Origin: an uncultured Gemmatimonadales bacterium
Lineage (GTDB): Bacteria; Gemmatimonadota; Gemmatimonadetes; Gemmatimonadales; GWC2-71-9
Assembly (NCBI GenBank): GCA_963825065.1
Contig: CAWGRU010000020.1
Location: 17,830 to 81,829 of the forward strand
Direction: 5' to 3'
Length of the DNA: 64,000 bases
Position numbers and translations under genes: made by a program. Positions 41,401-51,656 of this stretch are shown here, piece by piece (within the stretch, counting starts at the first letter, position 1; each line of letters opens with the position of its first letter). Under the pieces are notes generated by a model that was not told the origin of the DNA, made no database searches, and saw nothing but the letters and a program-made list of their open reading frames with translations.

Positions 41401-43239
41401 TCAGCGCTCCTCGGCGGCATCGATCCGTTCGGAGAGGCGGCGCAGCCGGTCGAGATCGTCGGTGAGATTTCCCGCGGTCGCCAGACGAGCCCGTACCCGG
41501 AGCAGGTCCAGGCGCAGACTCTCCAGCGCATTGAGCGTGGTGGCGAGTCGCTCGGTCGTCGCCCGCCTGGTCTCGGCGATCTCCGCGGCGACCCGCCGGT
41601 GTTCCGAGGTGCCGGTGCCCACCTCCGCGGCCGTCGCGTCGAGACGGTCGAGCTGTGCCCGCAGCCCCGCGGCATCGCGTTCGAGGCGCGCCAGCAGTTC
41701 CTCCGCGCCGCCGAGCTGCCGGCGCTCTCCGTCAGGCAGCGCGAGCAGGAGTTCGCGCACCGAACCCGCCAGCAGCAACTCGGTGTGCTGCTCTGCGAGG
41801 ATCGGGCGCGCTTCCTGACGAGGCAGCTTCCAGCGCAGCACCTTGAAGAGCCAGCCCGCCTTCGCCTTCAGGAAGAAGCGGCTGAGCTGGCCCAGCCGCC
41901 CCTCGCGCGGGGCCTCGAGCGCCTGACCGAACCAGCGGCCCAGCGCGATCGGCAGCGCAAGACTCGCCAGCTCGACGAGCAGGCCCGCCGGAAAGGTGCT
42001 GCCATCCTGCACCCACTGCTTGGGCCCCAGCCAGAGGAGCGCGAGGGCAGCGACCCCGCCGAAATACAACGCCGCACGCCGCCTCAGCCATCCGCGCTCC
42101 CGTGCTCCGGAGGGCTGTTCGCGCGCCTCGCGTTCGGCCGCGGCGGTCAGGTCCGCGGCGGACCAGCCCTCGCGTATGGCTTCCCGGATCAGCTGACTCG
42201 CATGCACCCCGCGAATCGCCAGCAGACTCACCAGCAATGCGGTAAGGGCAAAGGTGTAGTTGAGTCCGAAACCGAGGAAGTCCCGGGTCAGGCTCTGGGT
42301 GAGGATCGCGAGGCCGGCGAGGGTACCGAATCCCACCAGGTCGACCCCGAAGCTGGACACCTCGCGGTTGATGAGCTGCAGGGTACGCGGGACTGGCGCG
42401 ACCATTCCCCCCTCGGCGATCGCCTCCGCCAGCGCCTCGCCGCTCGCAAAACGCTCTGCCGGTGACTTGGCGAGGCAGCGATCCACCGCCACCGCGAGAG
42501 GGTGGGGGAGACCGGGGCGGAGGGTGGAGACTGGTGGTGCCGCCGCGGTCAGGTGCTGCGCCAGCAGCTGCCCGGCGGTGTCGCCCTCGAAGGGATAGCG
42601 GCCGGTCAGCGCGAAAAACGCCGTGACGCCCAGCGAGTAGAGGTCGCTCCGGCCGTCGAGCGGCTCCCCGGCCGCCTGTTCGGGGCTCATCAGCCGAGGG
42701 GTGCCCAGGACGTCGCCGCGCGGGGTGTCGATCACCACCTCCGCCAGCCGTGCGATGCCGAAGTCCGCCACCATCGCGCGGCCGCTGCCCCGCTCGAGCA
42801 GGATATTCTCCGGCTTCACATCGCGATGGATCACCCCATGCTGGTGGGCGTAGGCCAGCGCCCACGCCACCTCCTGCATCAGCCGGGTGACCATGCCGGG
42901 CGGCAGCGGCCCCTCGTTGCGCACCCTGGCCGCCAGGGTCTCGCCGGGCACGTAGCCCATGACGAAGCACACCAGCTCGCCGTGTTCCTCGACGGCGTGG
43001 ATCGGCACGACATGGGGGTGAGCGAGGCGGGCCGCGGTGCGGGCTTCCTGGAGGAAGCGGGCCCGGAGCGCGGGGATGCCGGCGAGGTGGGGGAGGAGCA
43101 ACTTGATGGCGACGGGGCGGTCGAGCGCCAGATCGCGCGCCAGCACCACCACGCCCATCCCCCCGCGGCCGAGCTCCCGCTCCAGCAGGTAGCGGCCACG
43201 GAGGGCGGCTTGCAGGGACTCGAATGTAGTATTCACCAT
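41401..43239 (-). CDS. Ser/Thr protein kinase with central TM helices and C-terminal coiled coil
   Basis: GRGGMG, VAIK, HRDVKPEN, DFG, SPEQ; start is ATG 43239 or GTG 43236. Confidence 0.92.
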   Translation of the reverse strand: MVNTTFESLQAALRGRYLLERELGRGGMGVVVLARDLALDRPVAIKLLLPHLAGIPALRARFLQEARTAARLAHPHVVPIHAVEEHGELVCFVMGYVPGETLAARVRNEGPLPPGMVTRLMQEVAWALAYAHQHGVIHRDVKPENILLERGSGRAMVADFGIARLAEVVIDTPRGDVLGTPRLMSPEQAAGEPLDGRSDLYSLGVTAFFALTGRYPFEGDTAGQLLAQHLTAAAPPVSTLRPGLPHPLAVAVDRCLAKSPAERFASGEALAEAIAEGGMVAPVPRTLQLINREVSSFGVDLVGFGTLAGLAILTQSLTRDFLGFGLNYTFALTALLVSLLAIRGVHASQLIREAIREGWSAADLTAAAEREAREQPSGARERGWLRRRAALYFGGVAALALLWLGPKQWVQDGSTFPAGLLVELASLALPIALGRWFGQALEAPREGRLGQLSRFFLKAKAGWLFKVLRWKLPRQEARPILAEQHTELLLAGSVRELLLALPDGERRQLGGAEELLARLERDAAGLRAQLDRLDATAAEVGTGTSEHRRVAAEIAETRRATTERLATTLNALESLRLDLLRVRARLATAGNLTDDLDRLRRLSERIDAAEER

Positions 43240-43996
43240 GGCCATCATAACGCTCCTGACCGACTACGGCACGACCGACTCCTACGTCGGGGAGATGAAG
43301 GGGATTCTGCTCACCCTGGCTCCCGGCGCCACGCTGGTCGACCTGACCCACGAGATCGCCCCCGGGGACGTGGCGGCGGCCTCCTATGTGCTTGGCCGCG
43401 CCTGGAGCCACTTCCCCGCCGGGACGGTCCACCTGGCCGTGGTGGACTCGGGGGTCGGCACGCTCCGGTCGGCGCTCGCGTTCCGGACTCGCGACCACTA
43501 TTTCGTCGGACCCGACAGCGGGCTCTTCACGGCGCTGCTCCGCGCGGCGGAGATCGAGGCGGTGAGCCTGCCGACGCCGGTCAGCGCATCACCCACCTTC
43601 CACGGGCGCGACCTGTTCGCCCCCGCCGCGGCGGCGCTGGCCCGGGGTGAACCGCTCGCCTCGCTCGGGGAGCGGTTCGCGGGGATCCCGCGCCGGATGA
43701 GCGGCGCGGCCCCGCACTACGAGGGCAAGGTGGTCGTGGGCGAGGTGATCTACGTCGATCGGTTCGGCAATCTGGTCACCAACCTCACCACGGACTTCGT
43801 GCCTCCCTACGCCGTCCTCGAGGCGGAATCGCTGTCCATCGGCCCGCTCCGCTCGACCTTCGGAGACGTGCCCCCCGGCAGCCTCGTGGCCTATGTCGGC
43901 TCCGGCGGACAGGTGGAGATCGCGGTCCGCGATGGCTCCGCGGCGCGCCGGCTGGGGCTGGGGGTGGGGGGCAGGGTGCGCGCGCGGCTGGGGTAA
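43238..43996 (+). CDS. SAM hydroxide adenosyltransferase / chlorinase-fluorinase family (DUF62)
   Basis: ITLLTDYG, DLTHEI, VHLAVVD, TFHGRDLFAPAAA, YVDRFGN. Confidence 0.92.
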   Translation: MAIITLLTDYGTTDSYVGEMKGILLTLAPGATLVDLTHEIAPGDVAAASYVLGRAWSHFPAGTVHLAVVDSGVGTLRSALAFRTRDHYFVGPDSGLFTALLRAAEIEAVSLPTPVSASPTFHGRDLFAPAAAALARGEPLASLGERFAGIPRRMSGAAPHYEGKVVVGEVIYVDRFGNLVTNLTTDFVPPYAVLEAESLSIGPLRSTFGDVPPGSLVAYVGSGGQVEIAVRDGSAARRLGLGVGGRVRARLG

Positions 43997-44018
43997 GGGG
44001 GAGTTGCCGCTCCGTCCC

Positions 44019-44100
44019 ACCGACATCCGGAGGGAGGAAGGCCAACGAGGGATCCCTCAACCGCCCTGAGGGATCCCTCGCTCCCTGCGCTGGGGATGAC
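44019..44100. repeat. Intergenic palindromic element (REP/RPE-like)
   Basis: GACATCC ... GGATGAC ends; the palindrome GAGGGATCCCTC occurs twice; lies between convergent genes. Confidence 0.55.
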
Positions 44101-44114
44101 GAACCGCGCCGCGC

Positions 44115-45701
44115 TCAGATCGGGGGTGGGGTCCGGTCGCGCGGGGGGCGTTTCGCCGCCGGCACGCCGAACTGCGGTGTCGCCCAGAGGTATTCGTCGG
44201 TCAGCGCCTCGGCCGGCAGCAGGCGGCCGGCGAAGTGTTCCTTGAATCCCGCGCGCGACAGCAGGGCGGCGCCGAAGCCGACGGTCGCGAGCAGCCAGCT
44301 CACCAGGACCGCGGTGGCGAAGATGAGTGTGCCGGCGACGGGCACCCAGTCGAACACCACCCACGCCAGCCACAACGCCATGATGCCGCCAAGGCCGACG
44401 GTCACGTACCGGTAGCTGTTGGCGGAGGTCATCGTGCGACCGAGGGCGAGCTGGCGACGGGTCAGGGTCTCGCCCATCGCGTGCGCGATCGCCAGGAATC
44501 CGCCCAGGACCGCCACCACCAGCAGCAGCGCGAAGACGATCACCGCGAACGGCACCAGCAGTATCCCTGCGACGCTCAGCACCAGCCCGACCACCAGCAT
44601 CCCGAACGTGGGCAGGATCAGCACCTGGCCGAGCAGGCCGACGAGCAGCGACCGGCTGAAGGAGTGCAGCACGGTGTCGCTCACAACTTCGAGCGGTGGC
44701 CTGGCGAAGAGCACCAGCCCGGTGCCGACCAGCATCAGCGTGATGAAGACGCCCACCACACCGGCGCCGTTTCGGGCAAGGCGCTGCCAGGCGGGCAGCG
44801 CCTCTTCGGCGGACTCGCGACTCGAGCCGCCGCCGACATGGCGCGGGGCGTCGAGAGTGCGGATCGTCCCCTGAATATCGCCGCCGAGGTCGCGGACCTG
44901 GCCCGCGACCGCGAGCACGTCGCCGGTCACCACCGCACCGGGGTGGACCACCACGTTGCCCTCGACCGTGGCCAGGTTGCCTTCGATTGTCCCGAACACA
45001 TCGGCGTCACCCCGAACCACGAGCAGCGCACCGCGCAGGTGCTCGCTCGACCCAACGCTGAAGTTGCCGGCGTGGGCCTCTCCACCCGGTACCGTGATGC
45101 GAAGCGCGGACCCCCGCAGTTCGGCCGCACCGCGGAGCATTGGCGCCAGCCGGGCGGGATTGCTCAGGTCGCTGAGGTCGATGGTGAGTCCTCCTGGCGG
45201 CGCCGCTTCCACCGCCTGGGGAACGGCCAGGGCACCTCGTGGCGCGCTGAGCGAGGAGGCCTTGCTGCGCAGCAGTTCGGCGTAGGCCTCTTCCTCGCGG
45301 GAGAGACCGTCGGGATGCCAGTTGTGGAGGGCGGTCAGTGCACCTGGGGTGTCGGTGCGGGAGAGATTCAGCATCAACTCGTGCCAGGCGGTCTCGAGGG
45401 CACCACCCTGCGGATAGTGTCCCACGAGGCGACCATCCAGCCGCAGCTCCCCACTCTCCAGCGACAGCACCAGCGCGCCACCGTCCGAATAGTCGAACGT
45501 CAGGGCGCCGACGCCGCTGGCGAGGGTGACGACGTGATCCCGGACCACCCGGCTGGGGTCGCTCTGCAGAAACTGGCTGAGGAATTCGACGCGGCTCTTC
45601 CACGCCGGCTCGGCGCCGTCGGTGCACTCCGCCGCGAGGGCCGGCGCTGAGGCGATGAGGGCGAGAAGCGGGAGCAGCCAGGCCGACTTAGGGCAGCGCA
45701 C
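44115..45701 (-). CDS. Membrane protein with signal peptide, bactofilin-like beta-helix and C-terminal TM bundle
   Basis: GDADVFGTIEGNLATVEGNVVVHPGAVVTGDVLAVAG; several C-terminal TM helices; directly downstream of anti-sigma. Confidence 0.7.
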   Translation of the reverse strand: MRCPKSAWLLPLLALIASAPALAAECTDGAEPAWKSRVEFLSQFLQSDPSRVVRDHVVTLASGVGALTFDYSDGGALVLSLESGELRLDGRLVGHYPQGGALETAWHELMLNLSRTDTPGALTALHNWHPDGLSREEEAYAELLRSKASSLSAPRGALAVPQAVEAAPPGGLTIDLSDLSNPARLAPMLRGAAELRGSALRITVPGGEAHAGNFSVGSSEHLRGALLVVRGDADVFGTIEGNLATVEGNVVVHPGAVVTGDVLAVAGQVRDLGGDIQGTIRTLDAPRHVGGGSSRESAEEALPAWQRLARNGAGVVGVFITLMLVGTGLVLFARPPLEVVSDTVLHSFSRSLLVGLLGQVLILPTFGMLVVGLVLSVAGILLVPFAVIVFALLLVVAVLGGFLAIAHAMGETLTRRQLALGRTMTSANSYRYVTVGLGGIMALWLAWVVFDWVPVAGTLIFATAVLVSWLLATVGFGAALLSRAGFKEHFAGRLLPAEALTDEYLWATPQFGVPAAKRPPRDRTPPPI

Positions 45702-46500
45702 GGGCGACCTGCGAACGGGGCAACGACAGCAGGCGGCGGAGTGCCACGACTCCGACTGCGTAGAGCCCGGCGGTCAATCCCGCGAGCGCAACGATGCGAC
45801 CGGTCGTCAAGGACGCGCGGACCGGCTGATACCACGACTGTTGCTGGAGGAAGCTGGACGCCTGGCCGACGCCCTCCCAGAACCACTGTTGGCCGTGTGC
45901 CATGAGCCAACTGCCGGCGCCGGTGATCATCTCCTGATTCCCGGCCGCCCAGGCGGCGCTCGCAGCGACCGAACCCCCAAGCAGCACGGCGACACCGGCC
46001 GCGATGCCCACGCCCACTGGATTGGCGAACACCCGACCCCGCCACAGACGCCACGCATCGGCGATCGAGGCGACTGGCGCGTCTACCCGGACCATCACCC
46101 GGTCGGCGAAGCCCGGTCGTGGATCGAAGAGCGGCAGGGCCTCCAGTCGCATCACCAGCACCCGCTCCTGGTCGGCGAGGGTCTGGCAGGCGGGGCAGTC
46201 GCGCAGATGCGCCTCGCGTGCCACCGGCAGGGTGCCACTCACCCAATCCTCGAGATCATCCGCCGACAGGTGTATTGGCACCGGGGCGTGATTGACCCGG
46301 GCCATCACCCGATCGGCGAACGACTGGCTCGGCGCTGCCTTCGGGAGGCGGGCAAGCTGCTGAACGATCTCACGGGTCTCTTCCGCTGCGGTCCGGCACA
46401 GCTCGCACGTTTCGAGATGGTACGTTCGGGCCGTGGGGAGACGGCCGTCCAGCCAGAGATCGAGCTCTTCAGGGACGAGGTGCAGGGGCTCATCAATCAT
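45688..46500 (-). CDS. Anti-sigma factor with two zinc-finger (ZAS) repeats and TM helices
   Basis: HLETCELC and HLRDCPAC, each followed by FADRVM. Confidence 0.82.
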   Translation of the reverse strand: MIDEPLHLVPEELDLWLDGRLPTARTYHLETCELCRTAAEETREIVQQLARLPKAAPSQSFADRVMARVNHAPVPIHLSADDLEDWVSGTLPVAREAHLRDCPACQTLADQERVLVMRLEALPLFDPRPGFADRVMVRVDAPVASIADAWRLWRGRVFANPVGVGIAAGVAVLLGGSVAASAAWAAGNQEMITGAGSWLMAHGQQWFWEGVGQASSFLQQQSWYQPVRASLTTGRIVALAGLTAGLYAVGVVALRRLLSLPRSQVARALP

Positions 46501-46535
46501 ACGGCGGCTCTTACGGTCCCCTCGAAAGCGAGGTT

Positions 46536-47138
46536 TCAGTCGCGCAGATGGGTCAACATGTCGCGCAGTTCATGACGCGCACGGTGGATGTAGGTCTTCA
46601 CGGTTCCGAGCGGGAGATCGAGCAACTGGGCAATCTCCTCGTAGGCGAGCCCCTCGACGTGCCGCAGCATGATGCACGAACGGTACTCCGGCCGCAGTTG
46701 CCCGATGGCGCGTTCGATCGCCGTACCGAGTTCCCGGGCCTCGAGCTCGGCCAGGGGAGTTTCGCTCTTGTCGCCCACCTGCAGGGCCGTGGCCTCGATA
46801 TCGTCGGCGCTGGTGGCGTTCGGCGCGCCGTCGATCGAGAGGGTATTCACCTCGCGCTTGCGGAGGTGATCGATCGCGGCGTTGTTTGCGATCTTGAAGA
46901 TCCAGCTTGAAAACTTGTACTCCGGCCGGTAGCTGGCGATCGCGTTCAGTGCCTTGATGAAGGTCTCCTGAGAAAGATCCTCGGCCAGCTGGCGGTCGCG
47001 CACCATCCGCAGGACAAGCGAAAAGACCGGCCGTTCATACCGGCGAATGAGTTCGCGGTACGCGGCCTCCTTGCCCTCGACGGCGAGGGCAACGATTTCC
47101 TGGTCGGTTGCGGATACCAGATCCACCCGCTCAGCCAT
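46536..47138 (-). CDS. ECF RNA polymerase sigma factor (SigW/RpoE-like)
   Basis: AEDLSQETF, FSSWIFKIANN, YEEIAQLLDLPLGTVKTYIHRAR. Confidence 0.95.
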   Translation of the reverse strand: MAERVDLVSATDQEIVALAVEGKEAAYRELIRRYERPVFSLVLRMVRDRQLAEDLSQETFIKALNAIASYRPEYKFSSWIFKIANNAAIDHLRKREVNTLSIDGAPNATSADDIEATALQVGDKSETPLAELEARELGTAIERAIGQLRPEYRSCIMLRHVEGLAYEEIAQLLDLPLGTVKTYIHRARHELRDMLTHLRD

Positions 47139-47191
47139 GGGAGAGTTCCCGGCTTGCCTCGCCGCCGTCGAGAGCACTACATTGCGCGCCT

Positions 47192-47923
47192 ATGTTAGCC
47201 ACGGATAGGAAGTTAGCGCTCTCCAGCGGCCGGGAGAAGCGGTCGTACGTCCGGGCAATGTTCACGGCCATCGCCCCCCGGTACGATCTCCTCAATCACC
47301 TGTTGAGCCTGAACGTCGACCGGCGCTGGCGCCGGCAGGCGGTGGCCCGGCTCAATTGGGAACGTAAACCTGCGGGGCGCTATCTGGATCTCTGCTCCGG
47401 TACCCTCGACCTGGCCGCCATGCTGGGGGCCCAGCCCGGCTTCGCCGGCACCGTCGTTGGCGCCGACTTCGTTCTGCCCATGCTCGCGCTCGGCCAGGGC
47501 AAGTCGACGAAGGTCCGCCCGGTCAACGCCGATGCACTGGAGCTGCCGTTCCCCGACGCGACCTTCGACGGGGCGACGGTCGGATTCGGGGTCCGGAACC
47601 TGGCCGACCTGGATGCGGGGCTGATCGAAGCGGCGCGGGTGCTCAGGCCCGGTTCGCGCTTCGTGATCCTCGAGCTGACCACCCCGCGGCGGCAGCCGAT
47701 GCGGGGGGCCTATTTCCTCTACTTCCAGCACCTGCTGCCGTTGATTGGGCGCCTGGTGTCGCGGCACGGCGATGCCTACGACTACCTGCCGGAATCGGTC
47801 CTGAGCTTCCCCCAGCCTGACACCCTGGCGGCGCGGATGCGGGAACACGGCTTCCGGGATGTGGGGTATACGCTGCTGTTCGGCGGGATCTGCGCGATTC
47901 ACGTCGGGACCAGGGCCTCATGA
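47192..47923 (+). CDS. ubiE: Demethylmenaquinone methyltransferase (UbiE/MenG)
   Basis: IAPRYDLLNHLLS, LDLCSGT, DALELPF, FGVRN, YDYLPES. Confidence 0.93.
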   Translation: MLATDRKLALSSGREKRSYVRAMFTAIAPRYDLLNHLLSLNVDRRWRRQAVARLNWERKPAGRYLDLCSGTLDLAAMLGAQPGFAGTVVGADFVLPMLALGQGKSTKVRPVNADALELPFPDATFDGATVGFGVRNLADLDAGLIEAARVLRPGSRFVILELTTPRRQPMRGAYFLYFQHLLPLIGRLVSRHGDAYDYLPESVLSFPQPDTLAARMREHGFRDVGYTLLFGGICAIHVGTRAS

Positions 47924-49416
47924 CGCTCGATACCCTCCAGGAATTCATCGCCGCCATCGACAGGATGGGCGAGCTGGTCCGTATCCGGGAGCCGGTCAGC
48001 ACCCGGCTCGAGATCGCCGAGATCGCCGACCGGTGCATGAAGAGCCCCGGCGGCGGGCCGGCGCTGCTCTTCGAGCGGCCGCTGCTGGACGGCGGGCGGC
48101 CCAGCGAGTTCCCGGTGGCGATCAACCTCTTCGGCTCGATGAGGCGGATGTGCCTCGCCCTGGGGGTGGACAACCTGGACGAAGTCGGCGGACGGATCAG
48201 CGAGCTGCTCAACCTCAAGGTGCCCGAGGGCCTCCTGGGCAAGCTCTCGATGCTGCCCAAGCTCGCGGAGGTCGCGAAGTTCCCGCCCCGGATCCGGGGC
48301 GGCCGGCCGAGCTGCCAGGAGGTGGTGTGGCAGGGGGAGCAGATCGACCTCGACCGCATTCCGTTCCTCACGACCTGGCCCAAGGACGGCGGGCGCTACA
48401 TCACCCTGCCGATGGTGATCACCGAGGACCCGAAGACGGGGGTCCGCAATGTGGGGATGTACCGGGTGCAGGTGCAGGGCAAGAACATCCTGGCCATGCA
48501 CTGGCAGCGCCACAAGGTGGGCGCCGCGCACTGGCGCGAGCTGGCGGAGCGGGGCCAGAAGATGCCGGTGGTGATCGCGATCGGCGCCGATCCCGCCAGC
48601 ATCTACTCCGGTTCGGCGCCGCTGCCGCCCACCATCGACGAGTTCATCTTCGCGGGCTTCCTCCGCAAGTCGCCGGTCGAGCTGGCGCGCGCGCTCACCT
48701 GCGATCTCGAAGTCCCGGCGGAGGCGGAATTCGTCATCGAGGGTTACATCGATCCGGCGGAGCCGCTGGTGGTGGAGGGGCCATTCGGCGACCACACCGG
48801 CTTCTACTCGCTCGCGGACGACTATCCGCGGGTGCACGTCACCGCGGTCACGATGCGGAAGCAGCCGGTCTACGCCGCCACGCTGGTGGGCCGGCCGCCG
48901 ATGGAGGACTACTACCTGGGCCATGCCACGGAGCGGATCTTCCTGCCGCTCCTCCGGCTCACCGTGCCGGAGATCGTCGACTACCACATGCCGGCCTGCG
49001 GCATCTTCCACAACCTGATCTTCGTCTCCATCGACAAGCAGTATCCCGGCCAGGCCTACAAGGTGATGAACGCGCTGTGGGGCGCCGGGCTGATGTCGCT
49101 CGCCAAGGTGATCGTGGTGGTGGACAAGCATGTCAACGTGCGCGACCCGGACGAGGCGTGGTGGATCGCGCTCAACAACATCGATCCCGAGCGCGACGTG
49201 CGGTTCACCAAGGGACCGGTGGACGTGCTCGATCACTCCAGCCAGCATTTCACCTTCGGCAGCAAGATGGGCATCGACGGGACCCGCAAGTGGAAGGATG
49301 AGGGCTTCGCCCGCGAGTGGCCCGAGCTGATCGTGATGGACGACGCCACGCGGGCGCGGGTGGACGCGCTCTGGCCCAGCCTCGGCATCGCGCTCAAGGT
49401 CCGAGGCGAGCCGTGA
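47920..49416 (+). CDS. UbiD-family decarboxylase (menaquinone/futalosine pathway, MqnL-like)
   Basis: RNVGMYR, EGPFGDHTGFY, GRPPMED, VLDH, GSKMGID. Confidence 0.92.
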   Translation: MTLDTLQEFIAAIDRMGELVRIREPVSTRLEIAEIADRCMKSPGGGPALLFERPLLDGGRPSEFPVAINLFGSMRRMCLALGVDNLDEVGGRISELLNLKVPEGLLGKLSMLPKLAEVAKFPPRIRGGRPSCQEVVWQGEQIDLDRIPFLTTWPKDGGRYITLPMVITEDPKTGVRNVGMYRVQVQGKNILAMHWQRHKVGAAHWRELAERGQKMPVVIAIGADPASIYSGSAPLPPTIDEFIFAGFLRKSPVELARALTCDLEVPAEAEFVIEGYIDPAEPLVVEGPFGDHTGFYSLADDYPRVHVTAVTMRKQPVYAATLVGRPPMEDYYLGHATERIFLPLLRLTVPEIVDYHMPACGIFHNLIFVSIDKQYPGQAYKVMNALWGAGLMSLAKVIVVVDKHVNVRDPDEAWWIALNNIDPERDVRFTKGPVDVLDHSSQHFTFGSKMGIDGTRKWKDEGFAREWPELIVMDDATRARVDALWPSLGIALKVRGEP

Positions 49417-50324
49417 GGCCCGGGGCCGCGCCGCGCGAAGGCCAGACCCTCACGGGCGAGTCGCTGCTCGTGCGCTATGTCAACTTCGTCAAGCTGGCGC
49501 ACACCCTCTTCGCGCTGCCGTTCGCGCTGCTGGGAGTGCTGGCCGGCGCATCGCGGGCCGGAGTGACCTGGCGGACGGTGGGTCTGGTGGTCGTCGCCTT
49601 CAGCGCGGCGCGCTGGGTCGCGATGGGATTCAACCGGATCGTGGACCGCGAGTTCGATGCTCGGAACCCGCGCACCCGGAACCGCGAGCTGCCCCGGGGC
49701 GCGCTCTCGCTCACCCAGGCCTGGGTCTCGGTGGTGGTGGCGGGCAGCCTGTTTCTCACCGCGGCGGGCCTGCTCAATCGGCTCTGTCTGTACCTCAGTC
49801 CGGTCGCGCTGGGCTGGATCATGCTGTACAGCCTACGCAAGCGCTTCACCTGGTGGCCGCACCTCTGGCTCGGGCTGTCGCTCGCGATCGCGCCGGTGGG
49901 CGGCTAGCTGGCGGTGACGGGACGGTGGAGCGAGCCCTGGTGGGTGCTCGTCGCGATCACCGTCGCGGTGGCCACCTGGGTGGCGGGCTTCGACATCTTC
50001 TACGCGCTGCCCGACGACTGGTTCGACCGGAGTGAAGGGCTGCGGAGTGCGGTGGTGCGGCTGGGCGAGCGGCGCAGCATCCTCGCCGCCAAGCTGCTCC
50101 ATGGGCTCACCATCCCGGCGCTCTGCGTGTTCGGCTGGGGCGCGGGCTTCGGGGCCTGGTACTTCGGCGGGGTGATTGCGGCGGCCGGGATCCTCGCCTA
50201 CGAGCACCAGCTGGTGAAACCGGGTGATCTCTCGAAGCTCGATGCGGCCTTCTTCACGATGAATGGCGTGATGAGCGTGACGGTGTTCGCCTTTGCGCTC
50301 GTGGATCGATTGCTGCGCCGGTAG
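49413..50324 (+). CDS. UbiA-like prenyltransferase (MqnP-like) with in-frame TAG at 49905-49907
   Basis: HTLFALPFA, FNRIVDREFDARNPRT, WVAGFDIFYAL; both ORF halves are in the same frame. Confidence 0.85.
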
Positions 50325-50378
50325 GGGCGGGCGGCTCCACCTGCCTCACGAAAACGACACCCGATGACGGAGGGCCGA

Positions 50379-50527
50379 ATGAGCAAGCGACCGAAGGAGA
50401 ACCTGACCCGCAGCGAGGCCGCGGGAAGCCGCGTCCGGAGAAGGGTGCCGTGCAGCCGAAGGTGCCGCCGCCGCCGCCGGAGCGGCAGCCGGCCCGGACG
50501 CCCACCGCCAATCGGCGCGGACGCTGA
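50379..50527 (+). CDS. Possible small basic Pro/Arg-rich protein (needs one frameshift)
   Basis: GGAGG then ATG 50379 MSKRPKE; shifted frame reads KPRPEKGAVQPKVPPPPPERQPARTPTANRRGR with stop 2 nt before ubiX. Confidence 0.3.
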
Positions 50528-50529
50528 CC

Positions 50530-51109
<580 letters not shown>

Positions 51110-51172
51110 GGAGGGAGGAGGCTCCGCCCCCGCCTCCGCCCACGCCTCCTCTCCACGCGCGAATCCCCCGAC

Positions 51173-51654
51173 ATGCGGCTCGGAATCATCGCCGACACCC
51201 ATGGCCTGCTCCGCCCCGAGGTCTTCGACGTCTTCGCCGAGGTGGATCACATCCTTCACGCCGGCGACATCGGATCGTTGGAGCTGCTGACCGAACTGGA
51301 GGCGATCGCGCCGGTCACGGCCGTGTATGGCAACTGCGACGATTTCGACGTTCGCGCCAGGGTTCCGGCCGTGGGCGCAGGCGGATCGACGGGCTCGACT
51401 TCGTGCTGACGCACGGCGACCAGTTCGGTCGCCGAATCCCGAGAAGTTCCACGCCGCCTATCCCGACGCCGACGTGATGATCTATGGCCATACCCACCGG
51501 CCGCTGCTGACTACGATCGACCTGATCGTGACGGTGATGAACCCGGGGAGCGCCGGACGGCGGCGCTTCGACATCTCCCGCCTCCGTCGGCATCATGGAG
51601 CTCGAGGCCGGCCTGCCGCCTCGCGCGCGGCTGGTCCCGCTGACCGACCTGTAG
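51173..51654 (+). CDS. YfcE/MJ0936-type metallophosphoesterase (several frameshifts)
   Basis: IADTHG, HAGD, GNCD, THG, GHTH, NPGS spread over shifting frames. Confidence 0.8.
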
Positions 51655-51656
51655 CG

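Noticed and set aside
43238-43996. Fluorinase/chlorinase natural-product cluster
   Set aside because: No biosynthetic genes nearby; more consistent with the widespread SAM hydrolase (DUF62) branch
49905-49907. Pyrrolysine or stop-codon reassignment
   Set aside because: TAG terminates several neighbouring genes normally and no pyl genes are in the window
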